42,290 nucleotides of DNA from Abditibacteriaceae bacterium (GTDB lineage Bacteria > Armatimonadota > Abditibacteriia > Abditibacteriales > Abditibacteriaceae), in the NCBI GenBank assembly GCA_031425655.1, contig JANPJS010000150.1, positions 1 to 42,290 of the forward strand. Reading direction: 5' to 3'. The number at the start of each line of letters is the position of its first letter. The first letter of the stretch is position 1. Below are positions 1-8,904 of this stretch, in pieces. A model generated the notes under the pieces. It was given only the letters and a program-made list of their open reading frames with translations, was not told where the DNA came from and did no database searches. The translations under genes and the position numbers were made by a program.

Positions 1-72
1 CCGCTTACTTTCGGCGTTGATTCGACTTTGCAAACTGATTCTTAGAAGCAGTGTCTCGGTTAAAATCGAATC

Positions 73-1749
73 ATGCCCGAACCGTCCGAAGCGGTCGTTA
101 TCACCACGCTGGAAAAGCGCCGCCTGACGGCGCTGCTTGTCGTTTTCACGTTGGCTCTCGCACTACCCTATTTGTGGGCGGCGGCCATCGCGCCTGTCGG
201 ATTTCAATATTTAGGTCTGCTTTTCAGCCCCGACGATCAAAACGCGCATCTGATGTGGGCGCGTCAAGCCGCCGAAGGCCGTTTCTTCTTCGCTGACTTA
301 TTTACCACCGAACATCTCTCAACGGGCGAGAAACCCGTATTCACCAACGCGTTTTGCTGGCTCATCGGCGTGATTTCGGCGCTGACGCATCTGCCTTTGG
401 TCGTCGTTTATCACGCGCTGCGCGTGACTTTTGCAATCCTGGGCCTGTGGTGGTTTTATCGCCTGTGCGCGCGATTGACGCCTGATTCGCGCGTGCGATT
501 TATGGCGACGGCGCTGGCCGGTTTTTCGGCTGGCGGAGGCTGGCTGCGCGATGTGCTGCCGTTTTTGGCCCATCGCACATGGATGGATCGCCCCGATAAC
601 GACGGTTTTCCCATGATGCCGGAAGGTTTCGCTTTTCCGTCGCTGCTGATTTTTCCACTTAATACGGTTTCGCTGGCGCTTTTAGCGTTAATTTTCGACT
701 GCGTGCTGCGCGCTGGTGACGGCGACAAGCGCGCGATCAAAATCGGCGCGCTCGCCGCGCTTTTATTAGCGAATATCCACACTTACGACGCGCTGCCGTT
801 GGGCGCTGCACTGCTGATTTGGGCAATTTATCAACGTGCGCGCAAGCATCCACACTGGCTTTCGCCGCTGTTCATCGCACTGGGCACGCTGCCGCCGATT
901 GTCTATCAGATTTACGTTTTTCAGAGCAGCGCGGAATTCAAAATCAAAGCCTTGACTTTGACGCCGCCGCCGCCATTATTCGACGTGCTGCTTTCTTACG
1001 GCCCGCTGCTGCTGTTGGCGGTCTGGGGCGCGGTTTTGATGCGGAGCCGCGAAAACGCCCGATTGCTCATGCTATGGCCCATCGTAATTTTGGCATTGAT
1101 TTATGCGCCGCTTTCGTTCGGGCGCAAGATGATCGAGGGCTTTCATTTGCCGCTCTGCTTTTTCGCCGCCGTTGCGATTGTGGCCGCAGTGGAGCGCGTG
1201 CCGACCGGCTTGCCGCGCAAAATCGCGGCAACCGCGTTGTGTGGAATGCTCTGCGTTTCGGCAGCGCAGTTTTTGAATTGGTGCCTCGAACGCGCGCCAA
1301 ACACCATCACGCACAACGTGCAGTTTTTGTTGCCGCCGCTTTATCTCGCCGATGGCGATGTGGCCGCGCTGCAATTTTTAAACGCCCGGCAAATTAAGGA
1401 AACGGCGCCGAAAGTCGTGCTTTGTATGAATCTTCTCGGCAATTATGTGCCGCGCGAGACCGGCTATCACGTTTTCGTAGGCCATTGGGCCGAAACGCTA
1501 AATTTCTTCGACGAAAAAACGAAAACCGGCAAAATCGCCGAGGTGCAGAGTTTTTATAGCGGAAGAATGCCGAACGCGACCGCTTTAACGTGGCTGAAAC
1601 AGAACAAAATTGACTACGTCATCGAAGGTTTTTACGAAACGCAGCTTTTTCCGGCGGTCACGCTGCGGCGCTTTGGCTGGACGCCGATTTTCAAAAGCGA
1701 AGCCACCGCGCAAAATCCAAACGACACGGCAATTTATGCCGTGCCGTAG
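73..1749 (+). CDS. Polytopic membrane protein, possibly GT-C-fold glycosyltransferase-like
   Basis: 558 aa, many hydrophobic helices, N-terminal loop with 'SPDDQ' acidic pair, soluble C-terminal domain. Confidence 0.55.
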   Translation: MPEPSEAVVITTLEKRRLTALLVVFTLALALPYLWAAAIAPVGFQYLGLLFSPDDQNAHLMWARQAAEGRFFFADLFTTEHLSTGEKPVFTNAFCWLIGVISALTHLPLVVVYHALRVTFAILGLWWFYRLCARLTPDSRVRFMATALAGFSAGGGWLRDVLPFLAHRTWMDRPDNDGFPMMPEGFAFPSLLIFPLNTVSLALLALIFDCVLRAGDGDKRAIKIGALAALLLANIHTYDALPLGAALLIWAIYQRARKHPHWLSPLFIALGTLPPIVYQIYVFQSSAEFKIKALTLTPPPPLFDVLLSYGPLLLLAVWGAVLMRSRENARLLMLWPIVILALIYAPLSFGRKMIEGFHLPLCFFAAVAIVAAVERVPTGLPRKIAATALCGMLCVSAAQFLNWCLERAPNTITHNVQFLLPPLYLADGDVAALQFLNARQIKETAPKVVLCMNLLGNYVPRETGYHVFVGHWAETLNFFDEKTKTGKIAEVQSFYSGRMPNATALTWLKQNKIDYVIEGFYETQLFPAVTLRRFGWTPIFKSEATAQNPNDTAIYAVP

Positions 1750-1817
1750 AGTGACTTTTGCCTCGCAGGTGCTTGAGAATTCACATTTTTGACATAGCTT
1801 TTAGAAATTCCCTCAAA

Positions 1818-2486
1818 ATGCCTCTTATCGAATGGCACCCGGTTTGGCTGTCGTTGCAATTGTCCGCTGTTGCGCTGGTGCTGACGGCTTGCGCGGGCAT
1901 TTTAGCGGCGCACTTCATGGCCCGTCACGATTTTCGGGGCAAGGACATTCTCGAAGGGCTTCTGCTTTTGCCGCTGGTCTTGCCGCCTGTCGTGACCGGC
2001 TACGTTTTGCTGCTCTTAATCGGCAGACGCGGGCCGGTAGGCGCGTGGCTGGAACACTCATTCGATGTCCGCTTGATTTTCACGCCCGCCGCCGCTGTGC
2101 TGGCCGCGTCCATCGTGGCTTTTCCTTTGATGTATCAAAGCGCCAAAGCCGCGTTTTTAAGCCTCAACCCGTTCTGGCAGGATGCCGCGCGCTCGCTGGG
2201 CGCTTCGCCGATGCGCGTGTTTTGGACAATTACGCTGCCTTTGGCATGGCCGGGGCTGGCCGCAGGCGCCGTTTTGACTTTGGCACGGGCGTTAGGCGAA
2301 TTTGGCGCGACGATCATGGTGGCCGGCAACATTAGCGGACGCACGACGACCATGCCGCTCGCCATTTATACGGCTGCCGAAGGCGGCGATTTACGCATCG
2401 CCGGAATTTACTCCGCGCTACTGGGCGCGTTGAACTTGGTTTTCCTCATCGCGCTTAACCATTGGACGCGGCGACAAAAACGCTGA
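1818..2486 (+). CDS. modB: Molybdate ABC transporter permease
   Basis: LPLVLPPVVTGY, AARSLGA (EAA-like loop), ARALGEFGAT...AGNI.GRT.TMP motifs; ATG at 1818. Confidence 0.92.
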   Translation: MPLIEWHPVWLSLQLSAVALVLTACAGILAAHFMARHDFRGKDILEGLLLLPLVLPPVVTGYVLLLLIGRRGPVGAWLEHSFDVRLIFTPAAAVLAASIVAFPLMYQSAKAAFLSLNPFWQDAARSLGASPMRVFWTITLPLAWPGLAAGAVLTLARALGEFGATIMVAGNISGRTTTMPLAIYTAAEGGDLRIAGIYSALLGALNLVFLIALNHWTRRQKR

Positions 2487-2550
2487 ATGTTTGCCGGAGG
2501 AGACTGATATGCTCACCTTACGCACCGTGCTATGCATCGGTGGTATTTCA

Positions 2551-2746
2551 ACGGGAAGGCGGGAAGAACGGGAAGGCGGGAAGAGATTTGAGTGCTTTGG
2601 ACGAATGGACATCAACATGATCTGTATTGCCTGTTGGGTTTGCGCTTGGATATTGGTGGATATTGGATGAGGGCTGTGTTCAAGCCGCTTTTTCCCCTCG
2701 TCAACTTTCAAGACTTCCCGTCTTCCCGTTCTTTCCGTCTTCCCGT
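2551..2746. repeat. Palindromic element with tandem ACGGGAAG(G/A)C-type arms
   Basis: Left arm acgggaaggcgggaagaacgggaaggcgggaag; right arm cttcccgtcttcccgttctttccgtcttcccgt; related to 3990-4116. Confidence 0.8.
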
Positions 2747-2778
2747 ATAATGCGGCGAGACCGGGTAAGGTGAGTAAC

Positions 2779-3555
2779 ATGAAAAAAAAATTCGCGCTGA
2801 CACGCTTATTCGGGATAGTTTTGGTGTTGATAACGCCGATTATCGCACAATCTGCGCCACAAACGGAATTAACGATTGCGGCGGCGGCCAGTTTGACCGA
2901 AGCTCTGAGGAAAATCGGCGGCAACTATCAGAAGCAGCGTCCTGACGTGAAATTGAATTTCAATTTCGGCTCGTCGGGCACGCTGCAAAAGCAAATCAAA
3001 AACGGCGCGCCGGTTGATGTTTTTGTTGCCGCAGCCGATCAAAACATGGACGAACTGGCAAAGCAGAAAATGATTGACACCGCCTCGCGCCGCAATTTAG
3101 CCGGCAATTTTCTGGTGTTAATCGTGCCGAAAGACGGCAAAATGAAGCTGCGTCGCTTCAAGGATGCCTGCTCGCCCAAAGTAATTCACATCGCCATCGG
3201 CGGCCCGACCGTGCCCGCCGGGATGCGTTCGCAAGAGGTTTTCACCAATCTCGGCATTTGGGAGGCGGTGCTTGCCAAAGCCGTGCGCGGCAAAGATGTG
3301 CGCGAAGTGCTGACACAGGTAGAACTCGGTAACGTCGAAGCCGGCGTGGTTTACGCCACCGATGCCGCCGTTTCCGACAAAGTGCGCGCCGTCGCCACGG
3401 CTCCGGCTCATATGCACAAACCAATTCGCTACCCGGTGGCCGTGGTGAGTGACAGCAAGCAGAAAACAGCGGCGCAAAACTTCGTTCAGTATTTGAGCGG
3501 TTCCGCCGCAAAGAAAATTCTGAAACGCTACAAATTCATCGTGCCGAAGAATTGA
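2779..3555 (+). CDS. modA: Molybdate ABC transporter substrate-binding protein
   Basis: Signal peptide, AAAASL, FGSSGTL, DVF.AA, GVVYATDA, PIRYP motifs; RBS aaggtgag before ATG 2779. Confidence 0.93.
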   Translation: MKKKFALTRLFGIVLVLITPIIAQSAPQTELTIAAAASLTEALRKIGGNYQKQRPDVKLNFNFGSSGTLQKQIKNGAPVDVFVAAADQNMDELAKQKMIDTASRRNLAGNFLVLIVPKDGKMKLRRFKDACSPKVIHIAIGGPTVPAGMRSQEVFTNLGIWEAVLAKAVRGKDVREVLTQVELGNVEAGVVYATDAAVSDKVRAVATAPAHMHKPIRYPVAVVSDSKQKTAAQNFVQYLSGSAAKKILKRYKFIVPKN

Positions 3556-3572
3556 TGCCTTTGTTAAGCGTA

Positions 3573-3775
3573 ACCCGACTTGCTACCCATTGTGCCCTGC
3601 GAATAAATTCGCGGCTCAGGGCGGCTCCGCCGCCGATTGTCACCGACCCGCAAGCGGGTGCCCCGGCGCGGACAAATTCTTGAGTAATTTGTCCGGTTTG
3701 TCCGCGCAGGCGGACAATCGGCCAACGGCCTTGAGCCGCGATTTCAATCGCAGGGCCATAGGGGGCAAGTCGGGT
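3573..3775. mobile_element. MITE with IS982-like ends and 8-bp target duplication
   Basis: TIR acccgacttgc...gcaagtcgggt; direct repeat taagcgta at 3565-3572 and 3776-3783; element is a long imperfect palindrome. Confidence 0.8.
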
Positions 3776-3808
3776 TAAGCGTAGTTAAAGTGGAACGCCC
3801 GCAGCCAA

Positions 3809-3852
3809 ACGAATAAAGGCTCGCTAACTTGCGTTAACGAGCCTTTATTCGT
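3809..3852. terminator. Hairpin, probable terminator downstream of the tRNA
   Basis: acgaataaaggctcg...cgagcctttattcgt inverted repeat. Confidence 0.65.
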
Positions 3853-3861
3853 CTTTAGTTA

Positions 3862-3934
3862 TAGGCCGAGAGGGATTCGAACCCCCAGTCCGGGCGTTAT
3901 GAGCGCCATGCTTTAACCCTTAAGCTATCGGCCC
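3862..3934 (-). tRNA. tRNA with CAT anticodon, probably tRNA-Ile2 (lysidine); elongator Met possible; no encoded CCA
   Basis: Minus strand GGGCCGA TAGCTTAAGGGTTAAAGC...GGCG CTCATAA CGCC...GGTTCGAATCC...TCGGCCT A cloverleaf; lacks initiator features. Confidence 0.9.
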
Positions 3935-3989
3935 GTGCCGGGTTTTGATTTTAGCAAAATGCGTTCATAGACGGCAGGAATTGGAGAAT

Positions 3990-4116
3990 TTAAACGGGAA
4001 GTCGGGAAGGGCGGTAAGACGGGAAGAATTTGATCTTGGTAACGAAATCGCAGTGTTCAAAGACCATACCCTAATTTTTCTTCCCGTCTTACCGCTCTTT
4101 CCGACTTCCCGTTTAA
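3990..4116. repeat. Palindromic element with ACGGGAAG-type arms
   Basis: ttaaacgggaagtcgggaagggcggtaagacgggaagaa ... ttcttcccgtcttaccgctctttccgacttcccgtttaa. Confidence 0.85.
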
Positions 4117-4140
4117 CTTTTCCAATTCAATAGTGCCGCT

Positions 4141-5412
4141 TTATTCTTCGTCGTCGTTACCGAAGGCGTTTTCCAGCGATGTGCCGCGCGTGCGGCGGCG
4201 CAGTTTGCGTAAGGCGCGGATTTCCAACTGGCGCACGCGTTCGCGCGAAAGATGCAATTCCGTGGCGACATCTTCCGCGGCTTTTGGCCCTTCGGAAGCG
4301 TAATCGCCAATGCCGAAGCGTTTGCAAATCACGGTTCGTTCGCGCTCGGACAAGGCTTCGAGCGCGTCTTCGACGCTGCTGTGCAACTCGCCCCGGCTGA
4401 CGCGCATCGCACCTTCGTCCTCGTCGCCGCCCGCGATACCTTCGCCCAATTCCATGTCGTCATCGCCCGCGACCGGCGTTTCCAGCGACAGCGGCGTCAT
4501 CGCCGCGCGCATCGCTTCTTCGACTACAATGACCGGTATTTTCAAAGCGTCGGCGACTTCCTGACGCGACGGCGTGCGGCCCAACTCCTGACTTAACGTG
4601 CCCTGCGCGCGGCGAACTTTCTGCATCACCGCATACATATGGCCCGGCAGGCGCATCGAACGCGATTGGTCGCCGATGGCGCGATTTATCGCTTGACGAA
4701 TCCACCACGTCGCGTAAGCGCCCAATTTTTGGCCACGTTCAGGATCGAAACGCTCGACGGCGCGCACCATGCCGATCATGCCTTCCTGCACCAAATCGTT
4801 GAGCGGCAGCGGCGTGCGGTCAACGTAGCCGCGCGCTAAATAAATCACCAGACGCCAGTTCGACTCAACCAGCGTTTGGCGCGCCGCTTCCTGTTCGGAG
4901 GGGCTGCCGTTTTTGGCCACTCGTGCCAAGCGCAATTCCTCGTCGGGCGCCAAACGCGGCACATGAGCCAGGCGATGCGTGTATTGCTTGTAAGCATCTT
5001 CGAGCGGCGCGTCGGGGTTTTCCTCGTCTTCAAGCGCGGCTTCGGCGGCCAAAGCCTCCTGCCACGCCTCGACTTTGTTTTCCATCACGTCTTCCAGCGA
5101 TTCCAGCGAGGCCAGCACATCGTCTAAATCGCCGTGTTCACTTGAGCGCGGCGGCGCGGGCTTGGCCGGCGCAGGCGTGGCTGCGGCGACGGCGAGCGCC
5201 GCTTTTTTGGCGGCTTGCGCGGCGGCGCGCGGCTCGTCTACGATGGCGATAGAACGCTTTTCCAAGACCTCGAAGAGCGCCTCGGCGGCGTCTTCGTCAA
5301 AGTCGAGAGTGCCCAGAGCGGCGTTGATTTCGTCGTAAGATAATTTTCCGGCACGCGCGCCGCGTTCGATGAGTTCGAGCAATCGGGCGCGATCTGTTTC
5401 TTGTTGATTCAC
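4141..5412 (-). CDS. RpoD/SigA-family sigma-70 factor, divergent and possibly non-primary
   Basis: Region 1.1-like GKLSYDEIN, region 2 DLVQEG..G..RAVERFD...YATWWIRQAI, region 4 LSRERVRQLE.RALRKLR. Confidence 0.9.
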   Translation of the reverse strand: MNQQETDRARLLELIERGARAGKLSYDEINAALGTLDFDEDAAEALFEVLEKRSIAIVDEPRAAAQAAKKAALAVAAATPAPAKPAPPRSSEHGDLDDVLASLESLEDVMENKVEAWQEALAAEAALEDEENPDAPLEDAYKQYTHRLAHVPRLAPDEELRLARVAKNGSPSEQEAARQTLVESNWRLVIYLARGYVDRTPLPLNDLVQEGMIGMVRAVERFDPERGQKLGAYATWWIRQAINRAIGDQSRSMRLPGHMYAVMQKVRRAQGTLSQELGRTPSRQEVADALKIPVIVVEEAMRAAMTPLSLETPVAGDDDMELGEGIAGGDEDEGAMRVSRGELHSSVEDALEALSERERTVICKRFGIGDYASEGPKAAEDVATELHLSRERVRQLEIRALRKLRRRTRGTSLENAFGNDDEE

Positions 5413-5472
5413 ACCAAAGATTTTAACTCAGGAAGCAGGCGGCGGACGGCAAACCAGCCTTATGCCAAATAT

Positions 5473-5690
5473 GTAGGGGCGCAACCTGTTGCATAGGCAT
5501 CAACTTAAGGAATTTCGCCTGTGATCACCCCATTAAAATGGGGCGCTATTCTTACAAAGTCCGCCTGCGCGGACTAAGTTTCGAGTCCGCGCAGGCGGAC
5601 TTCGTAGCCGTAGCCCCCGATTTCAATCGGGGAGCGAGTGGACGATGCCTTAAGTTGATGCCTATGGGGCGCAACCTGTTGCGCCCCTAC
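5473..5690. repeat. REP-like palindrome GTAGGGGCGCAACCTGTTGCGCCCCTAC interrupted by a MITE
   Basis: Removing 5492-5681 restores gtaggggcgcaacctgttgcgcccctac. Confidence 0.8.
5492..5666. mobile_element. MITE with IS4-family (IS231-like) ends and 15-bp target duplication
   Basis: Perfect 19-bp TIR cataggcatcaacttaagg / ccttaagttgatgcctatg; direct repeat gggcgcaacctgttg at 5477-5491 and 5667-5681. Confidence 0.88.
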
Positions 5691-5815
5691 ATATCCGCCG
5701 TCTGCTTGTGAGAAACCGAGTCCACAGCTATAATTAATAGGCTTCATTGGACGCAATCCGGTTTCAAAGCCGAAGCGTGGAACGAAGTGAATTTTTTTGT
5801 GGAGCAAACCCGCTC

Positions 5816-6058
5816 ATGCCGCTGGATAATATTACCGAACTCAAAAAGCGCGTGCCCGGTGGCAAATACGCGTTAGCGCGTGCCATCGCCGAACGTGCCC
5901 GTCAATTGCAAAACGGCGCCACGCCGTTGACCGAAGTCAAAGCGCCCAATCCTCTCAGCGTCGCTATCGAAGAGATTTTGCAAAACAAAGTCACCTTTGA
6001 ATTTAAAAACGAAGAGGAAACCGCTGCCGCCAAAAAATCCGCACCCTCCAGCGATTAG
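5816..6058 (+). CDS. rpoZ: RNA polymerase omega subunit
   Basis: KYALARAIAERARQLQNGA...PLSVAIEEI pattern, 80 aa from ATG 5816. Confidence 0.88.
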   Translation: MPLDNITELKKRVPGGKYALARAIAERARQLQNGATPLTEVKAPNPLSVAIEEILQNKVTFEFKNEEETAAAKKSAPSSD

Positions 6059-6282
6059 GATTCGCTATAAGTGCGACTTTACGGCCCACCCAACTTCTCG
6101 CTGCAAGCACTTTCCCCAAGCAACCCGCACACGCCGCCGCTGTCTTATTTTTCATTAAGCACGGCGGCGCTTCTTTTCCCCATTGCAGTTTTTTGCTTTT
6201 TTTGCATCAAGATCATTGCTTTGGCCCCGTTTGGGTGTCGCCGCCGATGCCGGTTTAAGTAATTCGTTGAAGGAAGTGCCTC

Positions 6283-6981
6283 ATGTCCCTGCGCCTCATG
6301 CGCCGCCCTCGCTACGCCCTGCGCCGAGGGTTCACTTTGATCGAGCTTCTGGTCGTCATAGCGATCATTAGTATCCTCGCGTCCATGCTGTTTCCGTCGT
6401 TTTCCAGAGCGCGCGAATCGGCGCGCCGTGTGGATTGCTCGTCGAACCTGCGTCAAATCGGTTTCGGCATCACCATGTATACCTCGGATTACGATGAGCG
6501 TTTTCCGATTGGTTATCCTTTCTGGTTGCAGCCTACCAGCGACCGCCAACTTTCGCGCACGCTTTATCCATATCTCAAAAGCTATCAGGTGTGGAGCTGC
6601 AAATCGTGGACGGGTGTTTATATCCCGGACTCCGAAGAAGGCAATTACAGTTTCGTGATCTCACGAGTTCCGGCAACTTTAGACAACGGCGTTTTCGGCG
6701 TGCCCAACGACGTTGATCCGACCACGCAGCCGATGGTGCAGAGACCGCGCGCCGATGCTTCACTTCAAAGGCCTTCGACTTATCCGCTGTTGTTTTGCGG
6801 AGCTGACCCGGTTCCGGCCCCCGAATTATTTCACGGCCACACTTTGATGAACGACAGTGCGTGGAGCACCGGAGCTATCAGCGGCACCAACGTGCTTTAT
6901 GGCGATATGCACGTTAAGTGGTGGAAAGGCACGCGCGGCACCTGGGACAATTTTTACAACACGACTTTGGACGGAAATTAA
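6283..6981 (+). CDS. Prepilin-type N-terminal cleavage/methylation protein with DUF1559-like and H-X9-DG region
   Basis: [41 protein letters not shown]-terminal [10 protein letters not shown]. Confidence 0.9.
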   Translation: MSLRLMRRPRYALRRGFTLIELLVVIAIISILASMLFPSFSRARESARRVDCSSNLRQIGFGITMYTSDYDERFPIGYPFWLQPTSDRQLSRTLYPYLKSYQVWSCKSWTGVYIPDSEEGNYSFVISRVPATLDNGVFGVPNDVDPTTQPMVQRPRADASLQRPSTYPLLFCGADPVPAPELFHGHTLMNDSAWSTGAISGTNVLYGDMHVKWWKGTRGTWDNFYNTTLDGN

Positions 6982-7002
6982 GCTCAGCGTCTTATAAAAT
7001 CC

Positions 7003-7518
7003 ATGAAACCTGAATTTATTTTGCCGTTTCTCATACGTTTTTTGCCTCCTCTTATTGTGTTGGCGCTCGGATTTTACGCGGCTTCTGACAAAACTTCGCG
7101 TCAACGCTGGACGCAACTGCTTTATCAGGCCGGAAGTCTACGCCCGGAACAAAGAGACGATCCAAAAGCGCAGCAAGGCGTGCGCGTGCCGTTCTTCGTG
7201 CTCGCAGCCTTAATGCTTTTCCTCCCGGCGAAACTTGGCCCGGTCAGTTATTATCGCTGGGCTTCCAGAAAAATCGAGATAAAAGCGGATTTCTCGCAAA
7301 ATAAAGCGATAGCGGGCCGCGACGCGGAGCCGGCGACAGAAGTTGCCACCGAGCCGACACCAACCAGCGCGCCCGTCGTTGTCAATCCTCCGATGCCGCC
7401 GCAACCCGGTTCCCCGGCTTCGCCCAGTGGCCCGGCAAGCCCCGCCAGTCCCGGCGCTCCGGCGCCACGAGCCGCGCCCAGCGCCAATCTTGGACTGCAA
7501 GGTCTCCGCAAAAACTAA
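7003..7518 (+). CDS. Hypothetical membrane protein with Pro-rich C-terminal tail
   Basis: Two hydrophobic segments, PSGPASP repeats; directly follows the prepilin-like gene. Confidence 0.65.
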   Translation: MKPEFILPFLIRFLPPLIVLALGFYAASDKTSRQRWTQLLYQAGSLRPEQRDDPKAQQGVRVPFFVLAALMLFLPAKLGPVSYYRWASRKIEIKADFSQNKAIAGRDAEPATEVATEPTPTSAPVVVNPPMPPQPGSPASPSGPASPASPGAPAPRAAPSANLGLQGLRKN

Positions 7519-7554
7519 AAAGAGCGCGCCTGATAATTTCAGGCGCGCTCTTTT
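7517..7554. terminator. Bidirectional intrinsic terminator
   Basis: aaaaagagcgcgcctga-taatt-tcaggcgcgctctttt between convergent genes. Confidence 0.85.
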
Positions 7555-8257
7555 ATTTTGGCCATTCTAAAAACTGCTCGGCGGCTTCTCGAAGCGCGGC
7601 GGGCGAAACATCATTTAAAAACGGGACGTGGCCAAGAATCGGCAGATTTGTCATTTCAGCGATGATTTCGGGGCTGGTTTGCGCCGCAATGTCGTCATTT
7701 TCGACCGGCGTGGCATCGCAAAAAACCAAGCCTGCGATTTCAGCGCGCCCGCGCAACGCTTCGACGGTTAGCGCGGTGTGATTGATGGTGCCCAACGTGC
7801 GCCGCGCCACGACAACAACCGGCAATTTCCATTCTTCGATTAAATCGCGGCAAGTCAAAATGCGTCCATCGCGCTCACAAATCGGCACCAAAAGCCCTCC
7901 GACACCTTCCACCAAGACGGTTTCGTGCGCGCCAAGCAACGCATCGAAAGCGCGCCGCGCCCGCGCGAAATAATCGCTGCTGTTTTCACTTGCGCGCCGC
8001 GCCGCCGCGAGAGGCGCCAACGGCTCGGCCAATCGCACCGGGTTGATGAGATTCAAAGCGTCTTCGATGCCCGTCGCGTCGCGCAAAAAGCGCGCGTCTT
8101 CGCTGATTAAAGCGCCGTTGGATTCCTCACATCCGCTGGCAAACGGCTTCATCACGCCGATATTTACGCCCCGCGCGCGAAAACGCAGAGCCAGCAGTGC
8201 CGTGACCAAAGTTTTGCCGACGCCGGTGTCGGTTCCCGTCACGAAAAGTGCGTTCAC
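7553..8257 (-). CDS. bioD: Dethiobiotin synthetase
   Basis: FVTGTDTGVGKT, MKPFASG, VEGVGGLLVP, LGTINHTALT. Confidence 0.95.
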   Translation of the reverse strand: MNALFVTGTDTGVGKTLVTALLALRFRARGVNIGVMKPFASGCEESNGALISEDARFLRDATGIEDALNLINPVRLAEPLAPLAAARRASENSSDYFARARRAFDALLGAHETVLVEGVGGLLVPICERDGRILTCRDLIEEWKLPVVVVARRTLGTINHTALTVEALRGRAEIAGLVFCDATPVENDDIAAQTSPEIIAEMTNLPILGHVPFLNDVSPAALREAAEQFLEWPK

Positions 8258-8904
8258 GTCGCGTTCAACTCCGAAAGCGAAATGGAATCGTCTTCATAAA
8301 GCCAGCGCTGAAAATTCGCTTTGCGCCCCGGCCATTCGCTATCGAGCATCGAAAACCACGCCGTGTCGCGGTTTTCGCCCTTCACGACGAGGTGTTGGCG
8401 AAACAAGCCTTCATATTGAAAACCCAGCCGCAACGCCGCTTTTTTGCTGGCCTCGTTACGATTGTTGCACTTCCATTCAGCGCGCCGATAGCCGAGTTCA
8501 TCGAACAAATAACTGAGCAGCAAAAACACCGATTCCGTATTGACTTTGGTGCGCTGCACAATCGGCGCATACCAAACGTGGCCAATTTCGGCGCGTCCGC
8601 ATTCCGGCGCGAGGCTCATCAGCGACAGATTGCCGACGCGATGCTGCGTTTTCTGCTCGGTAACCGTATAAAACAGCGGCTCCGCACCGTTCTGCATCGA
8701 AAACAGCCAATCGCGCATGGCATTTTCGCTTGCGAACGGCCCATACGGCAAATAATCCCACAACGCTTCGATTTCGGGTGCGCCGTGCGTCACCGCATAT
8801 AATTGGGCAGCATCGCGCGCGGCGTCCAACGGCGAGAGAGAAACGAACTCGCCGACGAACGCGCGGCGCTGCGGAACAGGCCAACTTTCGGGAAAAATGC
8901 TCAT
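8254..8904 (-). CDS. GNAT acetyltransferase, RimJ/RimL family
   Basis: AEIGHVW, LGYRRAEWKC...N..S...A.RLGF.YEG.FRQH; 4-nt overlaps with bioF and bioD. Confidence 0.88.
   Translation of the reverse strand: MSIFPESWPVPQRRAFVGEFVSLSPLDAARDAAQLYAVTHGAPEIEALWDYLPYGPFASENAMRDWLFSMQNGAEPLFYTVTEQKTQHRVGNLSLMSLAPECGRAEIGHVWYAPIVQRTKVNTESVFLLLSYLFDELGYRRAEWKCNNRNEASKKAALRLGFQYEGLFRQHLVVKGENRDTAWFSMLDSEWPGRKANFQRWLYEDDSISLSELNAT

Noticed and set aside
2487..2778. Molybdenum-cofactor riboswitch or ModE box upstream of modA
   Set aside because: No recognisable consensus; the region is dominated by a repeat palindrome.
2418..2924. 168-aa minus-strand ORF between modB and modA
   Set aside because: Overlaps both mod genes and translates through repeat arms; no recognisable domain.
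3862..3934. tRNA as an integration site of a genomic island
   Set aside because: No integrase and no duplicated tRNA 3' end seen in the window.
6060..6282. Riboswitch upstream of the prepilin-like gene
   Set aside because: No conserved aptamer motif could be recognised by eye.
7400..7480. Tandem repeats in the Pro-rich tail as a separate element
   Set aside because: Explained by a low-complexity PASP protein linker.
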